Source of the DNA: Takakia lepidozioides
Taxonomy: Eukaryota > Plantae > Bryophyta
DNA: 64,000 nt
Assembly: GCA_030704615.1 (NCBI GenBank)
Contig: CM060734.1
Coordinates: forward strand, 46,004,001 to 46,068,000
Direction of reading: 5' to 3'
Shown here one piece after another: positions 37,286 to 51,277 of this stretch; position 1 is the stretch's first letter; each line of letters opens with the position of its first letter. Below the pieces are notes generated by a model. It was not told where the DNA came from, did not search any database, and saw nothing but the letters and a program-made list of their open reading frames with translations. Both the position numbers and the translations under genes were made by a program.

Positions 37286-40200
37286 CTATAGAGATTCCTT
37301 GCCTTCTGGCTCAAGAAGGCCATGTGGCCATAGGTGTTTGCTCCTCTCCACTTCCATAGCTTCGCGCTCCACCGCGTCCCACCACTCCTCGTCATCGTCA
37401 ATACCGTCATCAGTTGCTTGACTCTGGAGTCCGCAGAACAAAAAAGACATGGCAGATGATGGACAATGCTATGGTGTTGAGAGTATACTTGCTGCAGATT
37501 ATTGGCCTTCTAAGATCTGAATCTAATCCCAAACATGCAGATGCACTAACTTGACTTGATTTTTGAAGTGCAAGCCTATCCAACAACTCTTTCTCGCTTG
37601 GGCAATACCCACTTCAATCCCCTTTAGCCAACAAGAATATCAAGTAATACAAGGGGACATTAAGAACCACCCGTACATGTGAAGAGGCTGAAGGACTGAC
37701 TGACAGACCTGGCTAATGGATCTTTGAGAGGCGCAATCCATGTTCGCCATGGATGATACCACTTCTTCCCACCAGGCTTCATCATCCAGCAGGTCGTTAA
37801 CCTTAGGTACATCTGTCTCGTCAGACCTTTCATGTCTGAAGGCCTCAACAGATTGCAAAGCTGCCAGTGAAGACAAGGGATACTCTGATGGAATGGTGTG
37901 CCGGGGTATGGGCCTTAGTGGAGACTGATACCCTGTTCCACCAACTAAAACTGTTAGAGAAGCGTTCAGGTGAAAACTGCAGCAAATTTTGTAAGAACAT
38001 GCGTTTGCACTCTGAATTGACTAGTTAACAGTGCAGGCCTAGTATTGTGTGCGACTCTTCCCTTTGGACCCTGAGGTCCTTAGAAAACCAGTCTGAGAAA
38101 CAATGAAGGAAATCATTAGGATATTCAATGTGAGTACAGGGATAGATAGGCTTAGCAGTTTTTAGTTACCACGGCAGTCAGGATCGTGGCACTTTTGGTA
38201 GAAGCCTGCTGTTCGAAAGTCCACAATGTACATCACTGCCATTAATCCGTCCCAGCAATATAGCGCGTCCCCCCCACCCCTCTCTGTTACTGAAAGTAAA
38301 AAGCACATAGGAAAGATAGGTGGAAGCAATGTACTCATTGACTGTTCCTTTGATAGTTGGCTAAGACGTACACTCAAGGTCCAGGGGATATCACCCATAG
38401 CCCAAATAGCCAGAGCGTAGTCCACAGCCAACATCAGAAGTGAAGAGAGATGAAGAAATCAGACATGCTAGCAGTGACAAAGTTTGCCTTACCCTGATGA
38501 TTGTAATAGAATCTCGTTTGGAATTTTCTCAGAAGCCTAAAGGTCCTTCAGACTTCCAGCATATGGAATAAATTTCATAGTTTTCTTGAATCTTTCTGTG
38601 ATGGATTTTCAGCTCTAGAAACCTTCAATCAGATACAGGATCACTGACCATTATTGCTCTTGTGTTGCCTTCCAATCCGCTCACAGAAACGATTGCCAGA
38701 TATGTTGTAGACCACAACTCCGTAGTCTGCAAACCAGTACCAACTGCGGATTCTCCCTGCACATTTCAGACCTCAACCATGCTTATTTCCCCCAACGCAA
38801 TTGATAAGGCAATCTTGAAGAACATTAGAATAGACAAAACAGATATACAACCTTTTTTGAATAGTAAATCTGGGCATTCACTTTTCTTTATTCACAATTC
38901 CCCAGAAACTAGCGATGGAAATACCTGGAATGTCCCCAATGCATGCAATGGACTCCACAAAAGCATCAAGCGAAGGAAATGGTGATTTCCCGGAATTTCC
39001 TGATATTCCAGCTTCTTGTGCATTGATCCTTGGGTCCAATTTCCAGGATTTGACTGCAAGTATGGCACCCTGGCCTGCATTCTTTTCCACAGAAAGTGAC
39101 AGGTTTGTTTCAAGGCACACCCAGACAAACCTGAAACAAATTAACAGCTCGGAATAAAATATGAAAGTTTCATGTAAATTGATAGCAATACCAAGTATTA
39201 ATCACAACAGATTTTATGAATCAACCAGAATTGATGTAGGGCAGATAGCATTTCCATATTGATCACCAATCTTTGGATTTCAAATGGCCCTCGAGTTCTT
39301 TAAGATGCCCATCAAGTCACTTGGTTCATGTCTCTAACCTCATTGCCAAATGTAAGTAGTTGTCCACACCCTTCCTCTGCTTTGCAGATTAGGGACTCCA
39401 TCAACACCTCACAATCCCCCTGTCAGATCAGCAGTTGCTTCATAAGGCTCCTCATACATAGAGGAACACTACTTCATACCAAAAACAGACATTTCAAGAG
39501 CAGATATGAGCAAACAGCTCAAGATGGTTGTAACCTGTGAGAGAGGTATTAAACTGAATAATGCGAGTCTTTGCAAAGATGATGAAAGTCTCTTTTCTAG
39601 GAGGTAAAAGAAGTGCATTCCATATACCAGCAGCATGTATGACATTCACAGATGGGCCAAAAAGCACTATACAACCCATTATGTTCAAATTGGACATACT
39701 TCGATGTAGGAAGCCCAGTCATTTGTCATACACAGTTTAATGTGCATAAAGAGATGCAATGCATCATCGAACATAGACACATCAAGAGTTACATATGCGA
39801 ACAAAGTTACTCACCAAATTGGTGCACCTGAAGCGTCTTGTGGGCAAAAGAAGGGCAGTCTTCCCAGCCTTGCTGGAGAAAGGTAACCGGAAACTTCGGT
39901 TGCGTGTGTAGACTGCAAGGTCAACAAAGAGCTCTGTGTGATGGGTGGCCCGAGACTCACCTTGGAGCACAAACAGTTGATCAATCTGATCATTGCTGCC
40001 CCTCAGAGCATTGATCCTGTCACATATCTGTCACAACATATTTTGTTACAGATTTGAGGAATTTGAAAGGTTTCTGCCAACAGGAAGTCAGTCTTGCTCC
40101 ACATTAATCCTGTTAAAATCCCACCATTGAAATCACATGTTGGTCATTCAATGTAGCCCAGATATTTTCAGAAAGTTGGAATTCATTTCACAAATGGAAA

Positions 40201-43073
40201 TGGATCCACAGTTAAGTGTGCTGCATATTATCCCAACACTACAGCCAGTTTCTAGCTTTTTCAATTACTGCATGGGTTTAAGGCTTACCTCCCCAACGAA
40301 GGCTCCAACATGCGAGTTGTCTTTGAAGGCGGCCCCTGGAACATGGATGATCAAATGTCGGGAAAACTTATCTGTGTCATTGAAAGATGGCAAATCAGTA
40401 AGGCTAACCACAATCTGGACGTTACCTTGTAGTTGCCCTTGCTACACACTCAACAAAGAAAGTTTAAGTGATATGTTTTCATGTCGTACATGATGAGACA
40501 TTAGTAGTCACAGTGTACATTACATTGATGGCACTATGGTGACAGACATTAGTACATACAACTGCTAAGCCTTTGAACAGTAGGAGGAGCTCATACATTT
40601 CGAGAACAATTTGCACTGTGAATTGGTAGACAGAGACTATACTCAAATTATCAAGCTGTATCACTAGAACAGAGAGTTGAGATTGCAACCACAAAGCCCA
40701 ACAGGATAGGAAAAATCTTAGTATGGAACTTGAGCTGCCGGAGCTGATCAATAGCATAGTTGTGCATATTCTAGAACAGAAGAAAATAGCAATCAACAAG
40801 GGACTGGTGGATTACAGGACAGGTGTGGGTACCTTGAGTAGACGAGTCTAGTTCTACAGTCCAAGAAGCTTCATACTGTAGAGAAAAAACATCCAATAGA
40901 GCACTGCAAATCACTGATAGCAAGGTATCCACCATGGCCTCTCCGTCTGCATTCTTATTGGCCATGCAGTTGAACTCTAGATCGAAGTAGAGATGGCAGG
41001 GTCTGCCCTGCCACATACAGACCACTTATCACCTGTAGTATGTGTCATAATCAAACACAAAGAGAGAATAATTTGGAAGGAAACAAAACTCCATGTCATC
41101 ACGACAACATGTTCATTAGTTCTCCTAGATCATGGCTTTACATATGAGGGTACATCCGGCGCTACGTTAGCTTCACAACTTCACTGCTCCCAATCTGAAC
41201 CCATATCAAGCTCACCCCATTTGTTTAGGTGTCCTGATTGAGCAATACACTCCGTCCAATCCTACGTCAAAGTAAGATACCCCGGACACAATGGGCATAA
41301 ATGGATTGGAAAATGTACAAACAGCAATCCATCCCAAATGTTGAAAATGCTCTTATCTGTTTGCTGACCGAATATGTATGCAGAGGGGCCTCTCAGTCTC
41401 TTTCCCAGTCCCATGAGACCACTCTATGAACTGGGCGAATAAGTCTGAAACAACAACTGAAGACCACCTATTTCGGAACACCCACTCTGAGGGGTCACTG
41501 CAGAGGAATCACTCTCATATCTTCGGTGATACAGAGCTTGATAGAGACATCCAGAATCATCTTTTCTGTGGGAGTTGCTATCAACAAGAGAATACATACA
41601 GTGAAGGAAAGAGAAACACACCTGGCGGATGATCTCATAGTGGTGCCTGTACTCTGCTTGCATTTTGCTGTACCTGTGTCATCCGGACATCAAATGGCTC
41701 AACCTTTTTAATTGCCATCTCCACAACCTGCTAATGGTTTAAATTGGATGTGTCTCTCTTTATCTTCTGCTTTGTCTCCAATCCATGTTGTCAATTCATC
41801 TGTCATAAAGTATGTGGGTTTCACCAGTTGGCCTCCACCCTCCCCTAATGTGTTAAACAATGTCTTGCATGTCTGTCGTTTCCTCTCTGACACCGTGGCC
41901 ATTACAATGTAGGGGGTAATATGAACAGTTGTCTAGGACTCAATATACCACACCCTGGTATTTGAAAGGAGTGCTCTGTGTAGAATACCTGTGCCAAAAC
42001 TCATCGTAATTTGTGGTAAGAAATCGACGCTGCCCAGTGGAGTGATCTTGATACTGAAACACTGCAAGATCCTGGCCACTATGGCTGTCTGAAAACTGGA
42101 TTGCTTGATCTTGCCTGGGGAAAGTGGCCCATATAGCATCCCTGGGAACAATTGCCACAAAGTCACCTTAGCTTTGTGAACCTAGATTGAAGAAGTGATA
42201 GCTGCCTCATGGGGTATGGGGATTTCCAGTCCCTTGTTTATGGCATACTCAACAAGCCTTACGGTAAGGCTTGCTGCGATTAAACAACTTACCAAGGACA
42301 AGCTCTGCGACTTGATGGGAAAACCTTCAGTGCCAGTATCCTACCTGGACTCGGGGGTCTTTTGGGTAGAAAGATCATTGCGAATCTCGTTAAGAAGACG
42401 AAGGAGCTGTCGAGGCCTAGAAGGCTTCCCCACAGGAGAGCCATAAAATACACCTGGCGATACCTCCGTGCTTCCATTGCCTTGCTTTTTCAGTTCCAAA
42501 CTTGGAATAGCTTGCACCCCTGCACAATTTCGCATCAGGTAAGGGTGACGTGCTCGTTGCAAATGCTATTTGCACGAGCTCAAGTCTCTTTGGTGTTTTA
42601 CGAGTTTTACAGACATTATTGAATTGAGCACACGTTCTGAAGCCAACCGTAACACACAGACTGAATATCAAAAGATGGAAAGGTTGCCTTCGCTTCTGGA
42701 AGATCCGTCGACGGCATGCTCGCAGGTTGCCGTCTTCGTGGACTGCTTCGCCACTGGCGAGGGAGTGACCGGAGAAGGTGGTGTCGTGTCCAGAACCTTG
42801 CAAGGAGGTGAGTTTTGTTGTCTCGCATTGTTGCCAAATCCTGTCATAGAAGTCTCGTACATAGTTAAAGTTTTGTGGCCAAGTTTCTAGATGTTTTGCA
42901 CATTGCAAACATTTGACAGTGCAGGGAGTGAGAGTGCATAATCTTGTTGACAATGACAAGAGGAAGATGGAAAACACAGAGAGGAGAATACGTGACGAAG
43001 GAGAACGCTGCAACAGGCCGCGATTGAAACACCCCAACAATCTCTGGACATCATCATTCTCCTTTCCGGCCAT
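37286..43073 (-). CDS. PRIMPOL: DNA-directed primase/polymerase PrimPol (AEP domain + UL52-like Zn finger), ~13 exons; 5' exon boundaries uncertain
   Basis: Spliceable peptides in order: DDVQRLLGCF, VFYGSP..LLRLLNEIR, WATFPRQDQA..GQRRFL, HHYEII, PCHLYFDLEF (DxE), KFSRHLI (SxH), FVDLAVYTRNRSFRL..SSKAGK, SPFPSLD, RFCERIGRQHKSNN, YQKCHDPDC, DEAWW. ATG at 43073; putative TAG at 37288-37286. Confidence 0.92.
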
Positions 43074-43883
43074 GGCTCCAGCAGGATATACACCCAAATC
43101 TGAATCAAAAACTCATATCCTCAACCAATGTACCGATGCCACTTCGACGGGTACTGAGATCCACAGCATACGTAGATTTTCTTCTGAAAGAGTAGTTGAT
43201 AGTCCATAGAAGACTGCACGCAGGCTCTGATGACCGTTAAAAAGAAATAAGACTCGCTCAATTGGTTGAGGAACCAGCGAGGGACGAAGATACAGGGACA
43301 GGAAACAGCCTAGAGTTCACTCTTCAAATGGGGGACTCTCCCGGAGCTGAGGGGCTTGCGGATCAGGAATCAGTAAGTGCAGAAAGCGAGCTTGTGCTAT
43401 TGCGGGAGCTCGTAAGACAGACAAGCATACACAAAGACATAAGACATCTGAAACACTTCCCGAACGCCAGAATCGAAAGAGAACTTGGGTATATTACAAA
43501 GTCCAACATTGCAGATTGCAACACAGCATCCACGGTGCCAAAGATGGAGATCTGCCTGAAGGAGGCAGACAGAAGGCGAAGAAGACGAGTCCGACAAGTT
43601 TGTTCCCGCCCTCCCAACTCAAAGTTTACTGGTCATTTTTGCGGGTCTCAAAATCTCCCCTTTTCCCACACTGCTCAGTATGAGATCTCGTTGGGGCTCT
43701 CGGTATCCTATGTGGCCCTGCCACGTCCCAACGGCGGGAAGGGTCGCAAGCTCAGAAGCCCGAGTCCCTGTGCGAGAAGGAGACCCCCGTCCGAGAAAAC
43801 GATGAGGAGAGGAAGACCCACAATTCAAGCTTCCAACATTTCTTCTCCAGACATCGACAAGTCTCACGGTCTGATAGATCTTA
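43074..43883. promoter_or_regulatory. Probable bidirectional promoter/5' UTR region between PrimPol and seipin
   Basis: The two start codons are head-to-head, 810 bp apart. No specific elements were assigned. Confidence 0.45.
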
Positions 43884-46800
43884 ATGGCCCAGGAAGATGG
43901 GTTCTTTATGGGAGAAAAAGGTATAGAGCAAGGAGGTGAAGTGAGTGATGTGTTTTTCACCGGCACCCTGTCACCTTCCGAGAGTGAATTGGTTGAAGCA
44001 CTCTGCGGAAGACCCATTGAAGTGGATCCTATGAAGACGTCGATGGCAATGGTTGATGGGATGGAGGAGGGTCCTGAGGGTAGCACAGGAGAAGTGACAG
44101 GCGTGCATGATGTAGAAGAGGCGCACTTGTTGGGGAGGGGTTACGAGTATGTGAAATTACAAGAAAAGCTTGTGCCATCCATTGTGAGGGAAGGTGTGGT
44201 CGATTTGAAAAGGGACATTGAGGTGGACTTGCGTAGGAGCGGAAAGGAATCTTCAGAGGTTTTGGATGGTTTCTCAAAAGGGAAGCTTGGTCTTTCTAAG
44301 GTGAAGGACATTGTGGTGCTTGATGAGAAGAATGATCAAGTGGAAGCTATGGGCGGAACAACAACTTCATTTACTGGTAAGAATGGTTCAGGAGAAATAA
44401 ATATGTTAAACACTATTGGCAGAGACAACAAATGTGCGGGATTCAGTGAGAACAAGAATCTATCAGCAACATCAAGGACAGTTGGGATAGAAGAAGCGCA
44501 AGTAGTGGAGAGGATCCCAAAGCATGCGATTTCGAAGGAGAAGGTTGAATTTGCGAGAGGTAATGAGAAGAGAGATCAGGTTTCAGTAATATGGGGGCAA
44601 GGAAACAGAGTAGGATCAGCAGATTTATTCGTGAACAAAGTCGTCAAAGTGATTTCCTCGAGAAAGGAGATTTTAGCTGCTGTTGAAAAGCCTTTAGCTG
44701 TATCAGTAAGTGCACAAGAAAATAGGGCAGGTGAACTAGAGGTCGTAAAAAGGAAGGACAGAGTTGCAATTTCAAAAGAGAAGACATGGAGTTTGAGAGA
44801 GAAAACGAAGATGACGGATAAACCTGAGAGTCCCACCAAACGAGTTTTGGGTTTAGTCACGAAAAGAATTCAAAGAGTTGATAATAGATTCCCACCGCCG
44901 CATGGCAGAGTGGAGAAGGGTGGAAGGTATGTAGACATTAACGAGGCACAATGCGAGGTGGGAGGAGGGAAGGGGGAGTCAAATGGAAAGCAACTAGTAG
45001 ATAGCGGAAAGGTCCTGAAGAAGGAAGAGGAGGCACAGAGCGTGTCAAGGTCTAAGTTTGGTGGACTGTCTCGAGAAGGCCCAGGGACTTCAAACAGTAC
45101 CCCACCAAGAAGTTGTAGTGTGAAGAACAACCCGCTCTTTGGGTCAGGCGCTGAGGGTGAATCTGTTGGTCCTGTAAAGGGACCAATGTTGAATATAGTT
45201 CATTCTGGGGTCCTGGCAAATTCCTCTCTAAATACCTCAACAGCAACATCAACCTCGTCGTCTGTTGTGGGAACTGGGATCTCATTGCCTTTGGAGAGCA
45301 AGACATTGAAAGGTGAGATAAAGAGCGTAGGAGAAAGCACAAATTCGTCTCGGTCCTCCAAATACACGGAGATGAACGCAATGGTCGATGCTTCCTCGCA
45401 GCCCTATGGACATAAAGAAACTGATGGAAAGCTTGCGGAGGAACAGAGCTCAAGATCAAACAGTTGTGTTGAGATCCAGGAGGATGAGTTGGTAGTTGGA
45501 GGAATTATTTCGGATGTAAGCGCGACTAGGATAGATTCACAAACAAAATTGTGCAAGAGGACTTCAGAAAATAGGATCAATCCGACAGAACCTGAAAGAA
45601 CGAAGCTTCCCCAGATCAGCAAAAGGGAGTCTCACTTAGTATTTGCTTCCAGTAGAACTCCTCGTAGTCATCGCTATGCATGGCCAGCAGGCTTTGTGAT
45701 CAAACTTTTTGTGCAAGCCATTTGCTTTTGCCTGAGGATGTGCAGTGAAAGTCTGTCAGAAGCAGGTTCGCATCTAAAGCGAACAACACAGCAAATCGGT
45801 AGTGGGCGCCATGCACCGGCCTACGTGCTGTTTTTGCTGAGCACTCTCTTAATTCCGACGTTGTTTGATCTTGACTTCTTTCTTGCGAAGAATTTTGTGG
45901 AGGGGCAAATTGTGATTAGAGAAGTTTTGGATTTTGATTACACCAAATCACACCCCAGTGCAGCGGTGCCTCTCCTGCCTCCACACATTGTGGCGAAGGC
46001 AAGAGGCTTCGGATTTATCCTCCCCCAAAAGGATGTTCTTGCTGCCCGTGCCATACCTGCCTCTCACAAGTTCCATGTTACTATCTTTCTGACACTCCCC
46101 GAGTCGGAATACAATAGGCAAATTGGCATGTTTCAGGTGTGTCTCTCCATCTCTTCTGTCTAAATGTTTGGGACATCAGAGAATCTTTAATGAGATATGA
46201 GAGACGTATTTGAAAATTTGACTGAAGGCCTTGTTGCCTTTGTTGCCAAGGGAAAAGAATGAAATGAAATGGTACTTCATATCGTTCTGCCGAGAGACAG
46301 AATGAAAGACACAAAGAAAGAAACATTATAATGTCAGTGGGCCCAAAGAGCTTAAGGGACAAAAGAAAGCAGAAAACAAGAAAGACATATCCCCTCTACC
46401 AAGCAGCCCTGGAAACAACTATTGAACTGGGAGCCTTATGTATGCAGCCAAGCACTCTGATCCTCATAATGAAAGACCTCCGTAAGAATTTGGCGCCTTG
46501 GAATACCCAGGAGTAGCAGACCCTGATTTCATAATAGAGGAGACAGTAGAACAGGAAATATAACTCAGTCTCTATCTCCGGAACAGTCTTACAATCTCCT
46601 GCCCACAACGCTGAAGTTTAGCCCCTGTGCAGAAAGAAAGCTTATACTGAGAGATTGTACTCATAAGACGTTGTTTGCCGTAGCCTTGTAGCCATTGACC
46701 CCGCACCCAGTTTGAGCGGGAACAAAAGGGACAGAACCTACCTCTGTCAGGGGCTGACGTTGGTAGTAAGACTTACCTTCATATATAGAATTAATCCGGG

Positions 46801-48397
46801 TTTTCCAGATATCCTCTAGAAATTCACACAAGCATCAATCTGCTGTGTGTGATTTGCCCAAAAACTGCCTGGGCTTTTGGCTCAGCCTCGAGACTTTCAA
46901 AGTTGGTAAACAGGGGTACAGGCACAATTCCCTTGATAGATTTGAAGAGAGCGTCTCTTTGGTGAGAGAACCCCGGGCAGTGTATCAGAAAATGAATACT
47001 GTCTTCAGATTGCCCACACAACGGGCAATTGCACTCTCCCTTTCCTCTCTGCTTCTGTTTGCTGTTCAAAGGTAGGCTTCCTGCCCTGAGTTTAAATTTC
47101 AGTCTAGTGCCGAGAGTGGGTAGACCCTTGAGGTCATCCAAGATGTCCTCCCCCATGTCACTGACTGGAAACAAGTTCAGGGAAGTTTTCTGCCTAACTT
47201 CATTTTCATCAGACAATCTCATGGCAACAGACATGGCTTTGGACACTACAGCCTCTAAGTCAGATTTATCCAGCAGGGTCAAGACTTGCGGATCCAGGTC
47301 CAGGTCCTTGAGAATCTCTTCTACTCTCTTCTGCCAGGACTTAGCCTGTTTGACGGGGCGGTCCTGTTTCCAAGATATAGAGTAACTAAGGATATCTGGT
47401 GTTGGGCATATGTTGCAGCTGACCCCACCATCTGACCTTGAATTCATCTTGTCGGGAGCTTAAGGACGGAATGCCAAACTCACCCCGAACAGCCACATTG
47501 ACTGTTTTGGAGCATGCTGACATACACTCCTTAAGCCTTATACTGAGAGAGATGGGGAGAGAGTACCGGATTGCACTAGTATGAACCAGTGCATGTTACA
47601 GGCTCCAGCCCTCCCCAAACCCTAGCTGTTTCCGCACAGATTTACAGCATCTACGTAGGTGTCATTGTCACAAATGACTTCAGTGAGCACATACACTTTT
47701 GTTTAAGAAAAAGATGGCTATAGGTAAAGGCCTTGTTGATCAAATGAGTGTTTCACAGGTCACGGTGGAGTTGTTGTCGGTAAGGGGGCATGTGTTGAAT
47801 AGAGCAAGCCGGCCATGCATGCTGAGATTCTACAGTGCACCTCTACGGCTTGCAAAGACTATGCTTCTGGGGGTGCCAGTGCTTATGGGACTCATTGTGG
47901 AATCACAAACAATCACACTTCTGATAATGGAATCCCAACTTGAGAAAGTAACCCCCACGGCAAGCCTTCGTGTTGTTTTAGAGCCCAAGGCAGGTTACCC
48001 GGTGGGGTTTGGTGTGCCAGAGCTCTACGGTGCCGAATTACAGATCATCGCACATATACCATGGATGAAGGAAGTGGTCCGAAACTGGACATGGCCACTG
48101 TATCTGTGGAGCAGCTTAGGTCTATTCATATTTGAACTCCTACTGGTCCTTTGCTGTTGGCGCCAAACATCAGTAGTGAAAGCAAGAGTTGCTGGGGAGC
48201 CAAGCAAGGAAAAGTTGCACATCTTTCAGGAGGAAGGAGTAAGGGTGGGGAGACAAGAGGACAAGGGGCGGCCGAACTGTCGAGAGGACGTACGATCGCC
48301 ACCAGCTCTGCTGCCTAGCAGCTCAATGGGACCAGAGCTCTTGAGGGAGAGAAGGGAATTTCCGGAGATTGCTTCTGAAGGCAAACCTAGGAGCTAA
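43884..48397 (+). CDS. SEIPIN: Seipin family lipid-droplet biogenesis protein (~963 aa), exons 43884-46136 and 47759-48397
   Basis: LDFDYTKSHPSA..LTLPESEYNRQIGMFQ|VTVELLS..RPCMLRFYS..ESQT..PELYGAEL..W..LYLW; phase-0 GT-AG intron at 46137-47758. Confidence 0.9.
46396..46608 (-). mobile_element. Degenerate LINE 3' Zn-finger fragment in the seipin intron
   Basis: CKTVPEIETELYFLFYCLLYYEIR resembles the C..E.E.HF.F.C..Y..IR tail of LINE ORF2. Confidence 0.45.
46655..47536 (-). mobile_element. 5'-truncated LINE (RTE-X/CR1-like) with a 14-bp TSD in the seipin intron
   Basis: CTTATACTGAGAGA at 46641-46654 and 47537-47550; ORF 46824-47447 has CPLCG..EDSIHFLIHCP; near-identical to 6935-7288. Confidence 0.88.
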
Positions 48398-50299
48398 AGG
48401 ATTGTTAGATAGTACGTCTACATATGAAAAGGGTCTACTTCAGCAGGGCAGCAAAACCCAGTTAAAAGTAGCTTCTATGTGCAATTTGTCTGCATTTGAA
48501 GTCCCCCTAAATATACCATTAAAGAATCAGCAAGTACCTGATCACAGAAATCCAGACTTATTTTCTTCGAATACAGATTTTGAGAAACATTTTTGCACTG
48601 TCACCTGGAAGCCTCAAGCCTTCTGGCAAGCGCAGTGGCACCTCAAATTCTCCTACAGTGGAAAAATCAGTCTCTAGCTGCACATTATCTTCATGCAAAT
48701 CCACTGCTAGTTGCCTCTGTACCTGAACACAATGTCAAACACAACTCAAGACTCAAGAAGAGAAATCTCTTTAAAGAGTAAAGATGCTCTAGCCTTACTT
48801 AAACATGGACATGGTACTTCTCCTCACAGAGTATGCAGGGTGGTGTAGAAGACTCAGAATTACACCAGCCCCAGCTAGTGTAGGTTGCTCTCTATGTTAG
48901 TAGGACTAATGGCTGTTCAACTTTTGGAGCATCTTTGCTACTGAATTCCTCCACTAGCCCTTTGGAAGCCCCTTCTACTTCCCTATGCTTCGTCGAAGCG
49001 TCCTAGTGAGGGCAGTCACTTTGTTGAAGCAAAGTGCCTGCCAGTGACTGGGTGCAGCACAGTACTATGTTGGTGTCCACTTGACCCCAGGAGCAGCTAA
49101 GCAATTACTGTTGGCAGCTGGGTGGGGCTTAAAATACACACCCCTGATTCAATCGTCTTCCAACAGCCATTGTTGCACAGGATCTACTGGATTAACGCAG
49201 TTTAGCACATCACTTGAAAAACACACATTTATCTACTGTCTGTTGTGGGACATGGAAGAAACCAAATCTTTTAGGCGCTTCGCAACTCAGCATGAAGTAG
49301 TTAGGAAAACATTCTGCCACCAACATCCTTCTAGAAACTTTGAGCTCACCCTGGTTACATCAGATTATTTCCAAATTATCTTCAACATTTAGTCGCAAAA
49401 TATTGCCAAAAATGTCTTAAGCTTTATTACTCCACGGATTCCTTTCCAAGATTGTGCACTTATAGTCTGTACATCCAATAGTGACAGCAATAGAAAGTAT
49501 ACCTCGAAAAGAATGTCGGACTTGGTGACACACTGCAGCAGGGTGGTTTTCATACCAACATGTCTCTTCAGCACCTGGAAGCCCACCCATATCACCCATT
49601 CCAAATGGTCAGACCAAGTTCCACCAATTTTTGTTTGTTCAGAGATCTACAAGGCCTGAGTCCCTCTATCCATCCGTCCATATCAGTAAGTTTATCATTT
49701 GCAAATATGCCACTCAATAAGCTCTTGCAAGCCACAGAATTTGTGTAATAGCAACTTGTGGGCACATTATCGTCGCACAAAAGGACTTGGAAAAAATCCA
49801 CTGGCAGTAGTCCAGTCTCCGTCCCAAGGTCGTCGCAACAACTTCCTCCTCTCCTTTCTTACACTACTCGTCCACAACTCTATTTCTGTTGTTTCCATTG
49901 CCAATACTGAATTTGGTTTCCAGATTAAACCTGAATGAACCACCATACCAGCAATGATTAAGACCTACGAAGAAAATAAAGAGGATACAAAAGAGAATAC
50001 CACACGCCCAGCAGCCAGGCGGCGAAGCACAGCATTAATCTCTTTCAGCTTCTCTTCCTCTGACACTTCCACTTTGACTATCTTCTCTTGAGTTGCCTCT
50101 ACCTGTGGGACTCCCGTTGCCTGCTCTCACATAACCACCCCTAGTTCAGATCATTGCATTGTTCCCACCCAGTCTGAGAGCATATGCATTGACATAAACA
50201 CACACACATAGAAATTCACACAGCTGGCATGGCTCCCCATCCGAGATCCGATAACTGGCAGACAGCTCTCTTTCTCTCTCTCTCTCTCTCTCTCCCTCT

Positions 50300-50405
50300 G
50301 TCCCTGACAAAGGTAGTTTCTGTCCCTTTGCGTTCCGCTCAAACAAACTGGGCGAGGGGTCTATGGCCACAAGGCTCAGCAAACAACGTCTTATGAGAGT
50401 ACATT
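50300..50405 (+). mobile_element. Short 3'-end fragment of the same LINE family, next to a (TC)n tract
   Basis: ccctgaca.aggtag.ttctgtccct..gttccgctcaaac..aaacaacgtcttatgag(a)gtaca matches the reverse complement of 46655-46752. Confidence 0.75.
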
Positions 50406-51227
50406 CTCTCTCTTGCTTTTAAAAGTCTAATACCCAAACCCATGGGCAGGTAAGCCACATGGGAAAAATGGGTGTTACAGCGGGACAAGACAAATGTATT
50501 TGTATGATGTCAACCCCACAGAGGTAAGACAATTGTAAGAAGCTATTTTACAAGCAGACTGATCAACCAAGGGTTTACTACAAGAGATGGAAAAGAACCT
50601 AAATAAGTGAGCTCAGGTGAGGTCAATACAAACCTGTATCTGGTTTTGAACAAGGAGGACAAACTTTTCAATGGCTGGCAAGGCAAGCATTTCTGGAATC
50701 AAGCGATTGCGAGCATACCCGGGTGCCACCTTCACAATCTGGCCAGCCTGCCCCAGCCTCTCAATGGGCTAGAGACAGCACCCACCCCCCATGTAAACAG
50801 ATTCAGAACAGACGACAATCACCAGACCATAAGTTAACATGTGAAAAGCTATTCCTTCATAACTTGTTCTCTTTAAAACCCTCCAGTTACGAACATATGG
50901 AAGTTCAAAACAATCCAATCAATCAAGCATGCATTGGAACCCAGTAGAATATGCAGAAATATGGAATTGGGAAGCACAGAATGGGTACACACCGTGGTCA
51001 GGATAACTTTTTGCTTAGAATGCTGTCGAATATGTCTGAGTCCTCCCATCCAAGGTGCCCCTCCTGGTTGGCCATTCTGCATTCACATATATTACGCATT
51101 CATCTGGTTGCCCCATTCTTCAAGCTTTAACTAGAAATATCTATTACGTTGGCAAGGGTCCATTCATTCATACAAAATCCAAATCATGGAGCATGAGGAT
51201 ACTGCCTGTTCTCTCTTGTTCCCCCCA

Positions 51228-51277
51228 GAGGTCTATGGCCAAAAGGCTATGGCAAACAACGTCTTATGAGTACATTC
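51228..51277 (+). mobile_element. ~50-bp LINE 3'-end fragment
   Basis: ggtctatggccaaaaggctatggcaaacaacgtcttatgagtaca matches the family 3' end. Confidence 0.65.

Noticed and set aside
43262-43939. 225-aa ORF upstream of and overlapping the seipin start
   Set aside because: No recognisable motif, non-ATG start, and it lies in the promoter/UTR interval.
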